Shown one piece after another: positions 26,572 through 34,709 of a DNA stretch of 64,000 nt. The notes below the pieces were generated by a model. It worked only from the letters and a program-made list of their open reading frames with translations, did no database searches and was not told the DNA's origin. Numbering within the stretch: the first letter of the stretch is position 1; each line of letters opens with the position of its first letter. The DNA lies in assembly GCA_021827925.1 (NCBI GenBank), contig JAKATZ010000003.1:16567-80566 (forward strand), read 5' to 3'. Made by a program: the position numbers and the translations under genes. This stretch comes from Candidatus Micrarchaeota archaeon (GTDB lineage Archaea > Micrarchaeota > Micrarchaeia > Micrarchaeales > CABMGC01).

Positions 26572-27090
26572 GTATAGATCCTTATTCAGAAAGGGGGTGA
26601 GGGCGTATGCCACAGATAGCCGGAAAGATTCCTCCCTTGTCGTTATCATGTGGGTCAGAAAGCCTACCGCGCCGTATTTCTGCTTGGTATTTCTGACACC
26701 GGTAATCCTGTCCATGAGTTCCCCGAGCTCTTTCCCTTTTTCTATCTCGGAAGATATTGACTTAGGAAGCATCAGAATAGTGCCGCCACCAACTCCGATT
26801 CTTCCAGTTCTGTCCTTTATTACTGCGTATTCGCACAGCATAGGCCCGTGGGTGCTGTTCTCCATGCCTGCTTCAAGGCCTACGCCAAGGCTGGCTCTCC
26901 TGTAAGAAGCTAGAGCCATTACTGCCCTGTTTTCAGCCCCTTTGAGAGTCTCTACTGCGCTCTTTGGCATTGACGAAACACCGGAAGACACTTCTTTTCC
27001 TATTATGCGCGCACCGCCAAATGCCTTGCTTATTGAGTAGGAAGCCGCACGAAGCTTGACAGGATTGATTGATCCCACAACGACAAGCAT
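26533..27090 (-). CDS. inosine/xanthosine triphosphatase-like NTPase (YjjX/DUF84 family)
   Basis: 'VVVGSINPVKLRA', 'GVGLEAG', 'KYGAVGFLT' pattern. Start moved to the internal ATG (MLVVVG) to avoid overlapping aIF1A. Confidence 0.6.
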   Translation of the reverse strand: MLVVVGSINPVKLRAASYSISKAFGGARIIGKEVSSGVSSMPKSAVETLKGAENRAVMALASYRRASLGVGLEAGMENSTHGPMLCEYAVIKDRTGRIGVGGGTILMLPKSISSEIEKGKELGELMDRITGVRNTKQKYGAVGFLTHMITTREESFRLSVAYALTPFLNKDLYSEGSPSRGIPPE

Positions 27091-27094
27091 GGCA

Positions 27095-27406
27095 TTACTT
27101 CTGTATGTCATAGCCTTTCTGCTTAAGTAGGGTCTTGTCCATTATGCTATACCTCCAGATTATATCCCCTTTCTCGTTCCCCTGGACAGGCCATGGCTTG
27201 ACAAGCACTATGTCCCCCTCCTTGATCCAGAATCGGCGCTTGAGCCTTCCAGGTATGGCACACGTCCGCTCATTTTTGTCGGAGCACATCACTATGAACT
27301 TTGAAGCTCCAGACGCTTTTACTACTACGCCTACAACCTCTCCTCCCCTCGGCAGCATGAGCGTATGCTGCGTTTCGCCGGCTTTCTTGTTCTTGTTATA
27401 ATACAT
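27095..27406 (-). CDS. eif1a: translation initiation factor aIF1A
   Basis: 103 aa. OB-fold sequence 'GRLKRRFWIKEGDIVLV'. Confidence 0.9.
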   Translation of the reverse strand: MYYNKNKKAGETQHTLMLPRGGEVVGVVVKASGASKFIVMCSDKNERTCAIPGRLKRRFWIKEGDIVLVKPWPVQGNEKGDIIWRYSIMDKTLLKQKGYDIQK

Positions 27407-27415
27407 CCTCTCACA

Positions 27416-27808
27416 CTAATAGCTCTTGACGGTGTACCTTGCACCGCAGGCTTCGCATGCTATCTTGATGTAGCCCCTGTCCCTGCCCTCCACGTGCGTA
27501 TCGGGTTTATGACATTCCTTACAGATAACATACATCTCGAAATATCTCTTTATTTTTTCATTTAGCGTTGAGATATTCACTTTTGCGCTTATGTCTAGAT
27601 TTTGGCCGCTTATGCTTACCGGAGCTGCAAGCTCTTTTGTAAGGTATTTTGCTATCTCATCCTTGCCCCTGCGCGCCTTTCCAGCAATCTGGTCTATATT
27701 CCGTATAAGAGTCTTATTACCTTGAACGAGAGAGTCTACTTGCGGGATCTGGAAATCCGATTTCTCCTCAGATAGGATGGGCAGCTTTGAAAACGCCCTG
27801 TCTAGCAT
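27416..27808 (-). CDS. eif2b: translation initiation factor aIF2 beta subunit
   Basis: 130 aa. C-terminal zinc ribbon 'CKECHKPDT...CEACG'. Confidence 0.9.
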   Translation of the reverse strand: MLDRAFSKLPILSEEKSDFQIPQVDSLVQGNKTLIRNIDQIAGKARRGKDEIAKYLTKELAAPVSISGQNLDISAKVNISTLNEKIKRYFEMYVICKECHKPDTHVEGRDRGYIKIACEACGARYTVKSY

Positions 27809-27867
27809 GTCGTAGTAATCCAGTGAAGCACCGTTAATGAAGTATTGATTAACAAAGCTATTAATAC

Positions 27868-30800
27868 CTAACGCTGGGTCTTCTGCTTCTTACCAAGACC
27901 GCCAGTTAGGAGTTTTGCCAACGCATAGAGCAGTGCGATGGCAAGCATCATGGCGGCCCCTATCCAAAGACCTGAGGATGTGTTTATGGTATTTGATGGA
28001 ACAGGAACCGTGGTTACCGTGGAAGGAGATTGTAGCGCATCGAATATCCCTATCTCGGCATTGTCCGCTGGCGCGCTGAAATCAACAATGCATCTGTCAG
28101 GAACAACGATATAATTGTATATCCGCGACCAGTCTTCGCCGTTGAACCAGAAAGGAGTGATGATGTTTGGATCCAGACTGCAGTTGTAACCCATCGTCAC
28201 ATTGACTGCGATTCTTGTCGACGGAGAGACATTTAGGTCGAACACATAAAGCTTGGTGTAGTTTGGCGGCATCGTCGCGTTTTCGGTATAATTTGTGATT
28301 TCCACTGCGACTGTATTGTTGCCTACTGCCAGCGCGCTTATCTTTAATATGACGTTAGCCGCAGCGAAGTCAAGGCTTGCAGGAGTGGTGTAGTTTATGC
28401 TGGCTGTTTCTCGCAGAGTCAGATTCTTTGCCGCATTTATCGTGTTTGGCAGTGTTGTGGTAGAGAGGATAGATGTTGTTGATGTGGTCGACTTTCTGGA
28501 AACATTGATGATCGTTGTAGGTATTGTTGTCGTGGAAGAGACTTCGGGTGAATGCAATGTGTATTGCACGTCGTAGGTACCCCCATGAACAAGGTAACTG
28601 ATTCCGCATGGCGTGGTGCCCAGCCCAGATGTGCCTCCGGAATAATGGTAGTGCAGATATCCCACAGAGAATGAACAAGCAAAGGACAGATTCAGCTCAT
28701 AAAGCGACGAATAGGTTATTTTCGCGGGCAACTGCTCCTGGTAATAAAGGTAGGAGGCTATGAACTTGTCATCTGAAGGATTGACGACCTCCGCCATGAA
28801 TACAGGCGTATTTGAAGCTGTTGCATTCGAAACGCTATCCGAGAGGGTTACGACGTACTGCGGAGACGGGTTAGGATTAGGTCCGCTTGATGCGGAGGGG
28901 GAAACTGAAACGCCGTCTGTTCCGGATATCTGGTTCTCTGGCACCGTTGCCGAATCGGTGACCTTGTAGCAGTAATAGAGGTCGGAGGCGGGAGATGCTG
29001 CATACGTATTTGAGGTTGCCCCGTTAATTGCGGTATCTGCAAGACATGAAGGGGAACTTCCAGAATACCATTGATAGGAGTAGGGAGGTGATCCTCCGGA
29101 GGGATTCGAAGTTAGTGTCACCGACTGGCCGATTTCGATGCTAGGGCTTATCGGAGTTATTGGTGATGCTGCCAGTGCGTTATTAACCTCCACTTCGGCT
29201 TCCCCGCTCGTGGATGACGTAGGGTGAGAGTCGGTACCTGAAAGCCTGAACCTGTACACCCCTGCAGGAGTTGAGGATGAGGTAGGCCATATGGCATTGG
29301 CAGACTGCGCTTCCCCATTGGAAATTCCTTCGCCAAGCAGGGTATTTGCCTCGCCTGCCGTCTCGCTTCCTGAAGAACCTCCCGCGATAGTTGCAAGCCA
29401 CTGATAATAGTAGGGCGGAGTGCCTCCAGAGAGGCCGTTGTCAGTTATAGCTGCCTTCTGATCCTGATCCACGGTTTGAATGGAAGGGATTGGAGAAGAT
29501 ATCACAGGAGAGGAGTAAGCGGTCTGAAGGCTGCTGAATGAGTGGGTGATTGCGCTACCATTCGCAGGGAGAGCCCTTACCCTGAGCCAGTATACTGACA
29601 TCTCCGCCGAAGTGCCTGCGTTGTTTCCAAGCATGAGCTCGAATGGCAAGGGTGATATCTGGGAGGTAGTATCCATGATGTTTACCAATGGCTTCGTGTA
29701 GTTTAGAGTGCTGTAATAGTCAGTGGCATTGAAGATAAAGTTGAAGACACCGTTGGTGGTGTAGGGAATGTAGTTGTCGTTGTTTGGAAGCGTACCCCAG
29801 CTGATGGTTCCCCCAAAGCTTGTGACTCCCGAAGCAAGGAAACTACCCGGAAGGCCTGTCTCGAGGACCGTGAGCAGGTGGGATCCGCCGTTGGCGGGTG
29901 CTGATTCCACCGATCCTATGAAATCAGAGAGGCCAAGCTGTATCCACCCCCACCCCGGATCCACAGATAGGAATGGCACTCGCCCGTAAAATTCTATTGC
30001 ATTCGGAGCAGTAACTCCAGATCCGGAGAATATTGCAGCCCCATTCTCCCCTCCGGTGCCCGAGTTGGAGCTTGTCACAAAGAGCCCGTTTTCCACAAAG
30101 ACTGCCCCTAGACTTATGTATGAACTTATGCCTGAGGGCAAGGTATTGCCTTCGAAATTCCAATAATCAGTGAACACATTCGCGCCTGTATCGTATTCCC
30201 CATAGGAAGTACTTAGCTGGGGGGCTTCTCCGGTAGTTTTCGAATTCAAGAGATTCGAAAGCGTGGATTCAAATCCAAGGTATACGGAATTTGCAGATAG
30301 CGGGGGCAGATAGGATTGAGAATCTGACCGGAACCATATGAGAACATTGTCCGATGATGAAAGAGCGCTTGAAGCTCCGTTCTCGTCAAGTGCATTGCCT
30401 TCAATCCAAGAATCTACCAGTGTGCCGTTTCCGTAGAAGAGTTCAGTATTGTTGAGGGAATTACTCTCGTAGGAACGATAAGAGGCAGCATCAAAGGTAA
30501 AGTTAAGCGGGATGCCGGATAGGGATTGCTTTTGCTCAAGGTTCTTGAATGTTATACATATGAAATGGCCTATGCCAGCTGGCACAGTAGGATTTGGACA
30601 TATGTACAGCACATTTGAGGTGGTAGCAGAAGTGTAGTTCACGTTTCCTAGAGTGTTCACAGTAACTGTGTAGGAGCCGCCGTCTGGTCCGAGCTCAAGG
30701 ATATTCTGAGTATGGAAGGAATTGAATGAAACGCCGTTAATGAACACGTTCGCTGAGAGCTGGCTCCCGTATGATAGAATATTCGCGGTGATTTCAGGGG

Positions 30801-33800
30801 ATGGAAATCCTGTGTAGAAAAAATCCTGCGGAAAATTTATGATAGAGAGATTCGGCTTTGCTTTCGATATATCAAGGGACAGTGTATTGCTTTCTCCAAG
30901 ATAATTTCCAGTGGCTAGAGAGTTTGCAACCACGAGATAGGTACCGGCAGAAGATTCCCCGAATACATTCTCCGCTTCGAAGCTGGACTCAAGGACATTG
31001 TTTACATAGACGTTCGCCGTGACCTGGTTATAAAGGGAGATTATGTTGGCTGTTATCTGTGACACGGCGCCATTGTAAGTATAATCGGATGGGAAATGTG
31101 GGAGGGAGATTTGAGGTGTTGCCTTTTTAACGGTAAGTACTGACAGAGTGGATGTTCCTGCAGAGGTTATATCGTTTGCGTAATAGTAGTAATTCCCTGC
31201 TCCTAGGACAGGAAGGACATAGGAAGCCGACCCTGTCCCTGATGCGAGGGGAACATCACCTCCTTCTTCCCAGACCTGGCACGTGTCAGTACTCGGAGTG
31301 CACGTAGAGGTAACCAATGCGTTGGAGCCATAAGTTATTTGATTTGAAGGCGCAATGGAGAGTACAACTGATGCTGACTCGATATGGGTGAATTGGGAGG
31401 TTGGCTGCACATCGTTAGGCAATAGATATCTTGTTCTGGCCCAGTATGCAAAGCTTGTTGCGTAATAATCCATCCAGAATCCGATGTAATCTCCGGATGC
31501 TAAGGCCAAGGAAGTGCCGTTAGCTTTATCATAGTTTATAGCCCAATAGGAACTTGTACTATTTCCGCCCTCACCGAGAAGATAGAACTTGTTGAGCAGT
31601 GGAGTAGGAACCACCCCATTGTTGTAATTTGTGCCATTTGAGAATATTTCCCAGTTGTAAGGAGATGTTCCCCATATCCATGGTCCGCCTATGGATCCCT
31701 TGTTCCCAAAGTTCGTGCCGTAAAGCACGTTGATGTATACCGGGCCGTAATCCAGATTGTATGCGGTGGTTGTTTTTCCCTCGCCGTATAGCTCGTATAT
31801 AAACGGCAGCGATGGCGAAGCGCCCTCGTAAAGATATCCAGCATCGGATGCGGTTGTTGTTATTGTCAGACCGTTGTTTGCAGATGGTAATACTCCAGAA
31901 TAAGCATCCCAGTTTGGTGGCAGAACCTGACCTTTCCAATCCCAGTACATATTGAAAACATTCGCACCGTTGTCATACTCCCCATACTCAGGTGAAAGCT
32001 GAGGCGCTTCACCGGTAGTTAGGTTGTTCATCAGCGTTGCGGTATTCTCTGCGAACCCCAAGTATATTGCATTGGCGGATTCTGCTCCAAGATACGAATT
32101 TGAAGGAGGTGATTTGAACCAGAACAGCACGCTGTTCGAACTAGGTAATGAGGATGACTGGAGTTCATTTGAAATGTTCCCTTCCATCCAGGAATAAGCT
32201 ATGGTCCCGTTTTGGAAAAATAGCTCCGTGTTGTTGAGAGTGTTTGACTCGTACCCAGAATAGGCGAGCGCGTTAACGCTTATACGAAGTTGGGTATTTG
32301 ACGGGATTGTGTAGTTTAGGTAGTTGTTAAGACCAATGCACACGTAATGCGCGATTCCTTGGGGAAGCGCAGGGGCCGGACAGAGATATAGGATATTGAA
32401 GGCTGCAGCAGCAGTATAATTAGCGTCCCCAAGGGTATTGGCTATCACCAGATAAGAGCCGCTGGAAGGCCCGAGATAGAACGTGTTCTCCGTGTAAAAA
32501 GAATTGTAAATAGCACCGTTTACGAAAACGTTTGCCTGAAGCTGATTATCGCGGGAGAGGATGTTTGCAGTCACTGCTGACGATGACGATCCGTTATAAA
32601 AAAAATCACTCGGGAAATAAGGCAGCGATATCGCAGGATTGGCTTTTTGTATGACTAGTGTTTTGACTGTTGCGAGGAGGCTATTCTGGTCAAAGGCATT
32701 TATGGTATAGCTCCCTGCGGCTTCTATCGGAAAGGAGTATGTGACCACGCCGATTCCGGATGCCACAGTATTTGAGCTCCCGAAAACTCCTCCGCTGATT
32801 ATTATGGAAACTGTATTTGCAGTGCCGTAACCGGATGTTGAGGAGATCGTTACGGTATTTCCATAAAATGCCGCCCTTGGGGTAAAATTAAGAGTCGGCT
32901 GGCATCCTGATCCTGTACAGATAGTGTTTATGGCCACGCTGGGCATTATCCCGTTGGTAGGAGTTTCCCTTGTTCTGATCCATTTGTAGCGGATTGGATA
33001 TATGGTCGTGGATCCGGAGGCGCTACCTTGCCAGCTACCCAGCAGTATGTATGAGGGAAGATCCCAGTTGGATGATGATTCTGATATGGTGTTCCCATAA
33101 TTGAATTCGGACTTGATCGTTGAACCATACATCATTTGCGTAGAAACAAAGTATTGGTTTATAGAAGGTGTAAAACCGCTTAGAACGCCGCTTATGAGAT
33201 TGCTGTCCGAACCAGAAGTGCCGGCGTAGACTTGCTGCTCTATTGAACCTGCATTCTGATCAAGATTGTAGACTATGTCTGAACCGCTTAATGCGGTGCC
33301 AGTGCCCTGCATCAGGCCCGACTGTGACGATCCGGATGATGAAGTATAGGCGATGAGTGCTTCTAGCGTGTCTGACAAGGAGTTGAACAGAACATTTGCG
33401 GAGTACACGGATCCTGAGCTCATGGATAGGCCATTGGTCAGTGCATACCCCGGAGAATAAGTTGATACCCATGAAGAATCTAGGCTGTTTCCATTGAAAT
33501 TTTCATAGAATGCGAAGACGTTTGCGCCGTTATCGTACTCAGCATACTGCGAACTTAGCTGAGGCGCTTCCCCAACGACATTTCCATCAAGGAGATTGAC
33601 AGTGTTTGAAGCGAAGCCCATGAAAATCATATTAGATGAAGATGCAGGAAGGAAGTTACCAGACATACGCAGCCAGTAGATCGTATTGGAAGATGAATAC
33701 AGGTTTGAGGCTTGTGTTTCGTTAAGGAGATTGCCTTCGAGCCATGAGTTTATGATAGTACCGTTCTGATAAAAGAACTCGACATTCTGTAGATCGTTTG

Positions 33801-34008
33801 CCTCGTACTGCGCGTAGGAGAGCGAGTTTATTGAAAGCATTAGCTGGCCATTGACAGGGAAAGCAGAAGCCTGCGTGTTAGTCACATTTATCGGAAGATA
33901 ATAGATTATTTTCGATGGAAGAGAGGGACCGTTCGCATTTATCATGGATAGGAGTAGAATGGAGACAAATGTTGACAGCACTGCCGCGTTCCTGGAAAGG
34001 ATTGCCAT
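27868..34008 (-). CDS. giant repeat-modular surface protein (putative S-layer/adhesin glycoprotein), N-terminal signal peptide, C-terminal TM anchor
   Basis: Uninterrupted ORF of 2052 codons from TTG, or 2046 from the ATG at 34008. Signal-like 'MAILSRNAAVLSTFVSILLLSMINA'. C-terminal TM 'LWIGAAMMLAIALLYALAKLL' plus 'GKKQKTQR'. Three copies of a roughly 330-aa supermodule, three Ig-like repeats, two 'PPYxYQW' domains and a Thr/Ser-rich stalk. About 35 N-x-S/T sequons by hand count. Confidence 0.8.
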   Translation of the reverse strand: MAILSRNAAVLSTFVSILLLSMINANGPSLPSKIIYYLPINVTNTQASAFPVNGQLMLSINSLSYAQYEANDLQNVEFFYQNGTIINSWLEGNLLNETQASNLYSSSNTIYWLRMSGNFLPASSSNMIFMGFASNTVNLLDGNVVGEAPQLSSQYAEYDNGANVFAFYENFNGNSLDSSWVSTYSPGYALTNGLSMSSGSVYSANVLFNSLSDTLEALIAYTSSSGSSQSGLMQGTGTALSGSDIVYNLDQNAGSIEQQVYAGTSGSDSNLISGVLSGFTPSINQYFVSTQMMYGSTIKSEFNYGNTISESSSNWDLPSYILLGSWQGSASGSTTIYPIRYKWIRTRETPTNGIMPSVAINTICTGSGCQPTLNFTPRAAFYGNTVTISSTSGYGTANTVSIIISGGVFGSSNTVASGIGVVTYSFPIEAAGSYTINAFDQNSLLATVKTLVIQKANPAISLPYFPSDFFYNGSSSSAVTANILSRDNQLQANVFVNGAIYNSFYTENTFYLGPSSGSYLVIANTLGDANYTAAAAFNILYLCPAPALPQGIAHYVCIGLNNYLNYTIPSNTQLRISVNALAYSGYESNTLNNTELFFQNGTIAYSWMEGNISNELQSSSLPSSNSVLFWFKSPPSNSYLGAESANAIYLGFAENTATLMNNLTTGEAPQLSPEYGEYDNGANVFNMYWDWKGQVLPPNWDAYSGVLPSANNGLTITTTASDAGYLYEGASPSLPFIYELYGEGKTTTAYNLDYGPVYINVLYGTNFGNKGSIGGPWIWGTSPYNWEIFSNGTNYNNGVVPTPLLNKFYLLGEGGNSTSSYWAINYDKANGTSLALASGDYIGFWMDYYATSFAYWARTRYLLPNDVQPTSQFTHIESASVVLSIAPSNQITYGSNALVTSTCTPSTDTCQVWEEGGDVPLASGTGSASYVLPVLGAGNYYYYANDITSAGTSTLSVLTVKKATPQISLPHFPSDYTYNGAVSQITANIISLYNQVTANVYVNNVLESSFEAENVFGESSAGTYLVVANSLATGNYLGESNTLSLDISKAKPNLSIINFPQDFFYTGFPSPEITANILSYGSQLSANVFINGVSFNSFHTQNILELGPDGGSYTVTVNTLGNVNYTSATTSNVLYICPNPTVPAGIGHFICITFKNLEQKQSLSGIPLNFTFDAASYRSYESNSLNNTELFYGNGTLVDSWIEGNALDENGASSALSSSDNVLIWFRSDSQSYLPPLSANSVYLGFESTLSNLLNSKTTGEAPQLSTSYGEYDTGANVFTDYWNFEGNTLPSGISSYISLGAVFVENGLFVTSSNSGTGGENGAAIFSGSGVTAPNAIEFYGRVPFLSVDPGWGWIQLGLSDFIGSVESAPANGGSHLLTVLETGLPGSFLASGVTSFGGTISWGTLPNNDNYIPYTTNGVFNFIFNATDYYSTLNYTKPLVNIMDTTSQISPLPFELMLGNNAGTSAEMSVYWLRVRALPANGSAITHSFSSLQTAYSSPVISSPIPSIQTVDQDQKAAITDNGLSGGTPPYYYQWLATIAGGSSGSETAGEANTLLGEGISNGEAQSANAIWPTSSSTPAGVYRFRLSGTDSHPTSSTSGEAEVEVNNALAASPITPISPSIEIGQSVTLTSNPSGGSPPYSYQWYSGSSPSCLADTAINGATSNTYAASPASDLYYCYKVTDSATVPENQISGTDGVSVSPSASSGPNPNPSPQYVVTLSDSVSNATASNTPVFMAEVVNPSDDKFIASYLYYQEQLPAKITYSSLYELNLSFACSFSVGYLHYHYSGGTSGLGTTPCGISYLVHGGTYDVQYTLHSPEVSSTTTIPTTIINVSRKSTTSTTSILSTTTLPNTINAAKNLTLRETASINYTTPASLDFAAANVILKISALAVGNNTVAVEITNYTENATMPPNYTKLYVFDLNVSPSTRIAVNVTMGYNCSLDPNIITPFWFNGEDWSRIYNYIVVPDRCIVDFSAPADNAEIGIFDALQSPSTVTTVPVPSNTINTSSGLWIGAAMMLAIALLYALAKLLTGGLGKKQKTQR
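29551..30573 (-). repeat. intragenic supermodule copy 3 (aa ~1152-1492)
   Basis: Carries 'NTELFYGNGTLVDSWIEGN', 'GEAPQLSTSYGEYDTGANVF' and 'VYWLRVRALPANG'. Confidence 0.6.
31402..32361 (-). repeat. intragenic supermodule copy 2 (aa ~556-875)
   Basis: Carries 'NTELFFQNGTIAYSWMEGN', 'GEAPQLSPEYGEYDNGANVF' and 'YWARTRYLLPND'. Motif spacing matches copy 1 (71 vs 73 aa; 195 vs 189 aa). Confidence 0.6.
32932..33918 (-). repeat. intragenic supermodule copy 1 (aa ~37-365)
   Basis: Carries 'NVEFFYQNGTIINSWLEGN', 'GEAPQLSSQYAEYDNGANVF' and 'YKWIRTRETPTNG'. Confidence 0.6.
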
Positions 34009-34080
34009 GTTATCAGTAACAAACAATTATTCATCAGGTATTGTAAAAACTAAAAAGATATTCCAAAGTCCCGCTATGCA

Positions 34081-34087
34081 TATAAAT
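34081..34087 (+). promoter_or_regulatory. TATA box candidate for the SRP RNA gene
   Basis: 'tataaat' sits about 26 nt upstream of the first base of the terminal helix (34107). Confidence 0.4.
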
Positions 34088-34106
34088 CTTCAGAAGGCAT
34101 TTATAA

Positions 34107-34402
34107 TGCAGCAGAAAGGCGGGGAGCTAGGGGTTTCCCGTACCGCAAATCCCCTTCAGGCGGGCCGTATGCTAGCAGAGTGTTATTGCAGTACAAAAGG
34201 ACCATGCGGAAGCGCTGAAGCTCTGCCTTTGGCGGTGGCTTTACGTATAAACCGGGCCAGGCCGGAAGGAGCAACCCTAAGTGCATAGTGTGCGATGGAA
34301 GCAGCGCATGCGCGCAAAAAGCTATGCTCTGAAGATACAGGGCCGAGTGGATGCATGCCAACCCTTTTATATAGCAGTAATGCGATGCTAACTTCTGCTG
34401 CA
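34107..34402 (+). ncRNA. ffs: signal recognition particle RNA (7S RNA)
   Basis: Helix-8 SRP54-binding motif 'GGGCCAGGCCGGAAGGAGCAACCC' at 34254-34277: GGAA tetraloop with flanking CAGG/AGCA symmetric loop. A 10-bp terminal helix pairs tgcagcagaa (34107-34116) with ttctgctgca (34393-34402). A GNAR hairpin 'gcGGAAgc' is a helix-6 candidate. Length of about 296 nt is typical of archaeal SRP RNA. No plausible protein is encoded in the region. Confidence 0.7.
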
Positions 34403-34406
34403 CTGT

Positions 34407-34492
34407 GCCGGGATCGCCTAGTGGTAGGGCGGCAGCCTGCTAAGCTGTTTGGCTAGAAATGGCCTTCGCGAGTTCAATTCTCGCTCCCGGCG
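34407..34492 (+). tRNA. tRNA-Ser (anticodon GCU)
   Basis: Hand-folded cloverleaf. Acceptor GCCGGGA/TCCCGGC, anticodon loop CTGCTAA, long variable arm (GGCT-AGAAAT-GGCC), T-arm GCGAG-TTCAATT-CTCGC, discriminator G. Confidence 0.9.
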
Positions 34493-34652
34493 CTTCTGCC
34501 CACAACATATGTGCCGGAAGCGAATTTGGTTGTTGCAGCACTGGAATCGAGGCAAAACTTGCGTCTTTATGTTAGTTCCAAAATAACAGAAAATATTAGT
34601 AAAACTGAAATATTTAGAATGATATATAAATAGGGAGCTCTATAATAATACC

Positions 34653-34707
34653 GTGTTAAGGTGTGTCTTCTAATTATATCCCACCCAAACCCACAACACC
34701 TTAACAC
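34653..34707. repeat. 12-bp perfect inverted repeat (GTGTTAAGGTGT / ACACCTTAACAC) with 31-nt spacer
   Basis: Arms at 34653-34664 and 34696-34707. It lies immediately 3' of the stop (34710-34712) of the minus-strand ORFan and follows an AT-rich tract (about 34560-34650). Confidence 0.6.
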
Positions 34708-34709
34708 AC

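Noticed and set aside
27868-34008. Numerous 60-120-aa ORFs on both strands inside the giant gene (for example 28370-28678, 29157-29396, 31571-31939, 33260-33472)
   Set aside because: All are nested in or antisense to a 6.1-kb uninterrupted ORF with strong internal repeat logic. There is no independent support for any of them.
33944-34403. Track ORFs 33944-34288 (+, 114 aa) and 34101-34403 (-, 100 aa)
   Set aside because: Both overlap the region that folds and reads as SRP RNA (helix-8 motif, terminal helix). Neither has protein-like features. They are treated as artefacts of a GC-rich structured RNA gene.
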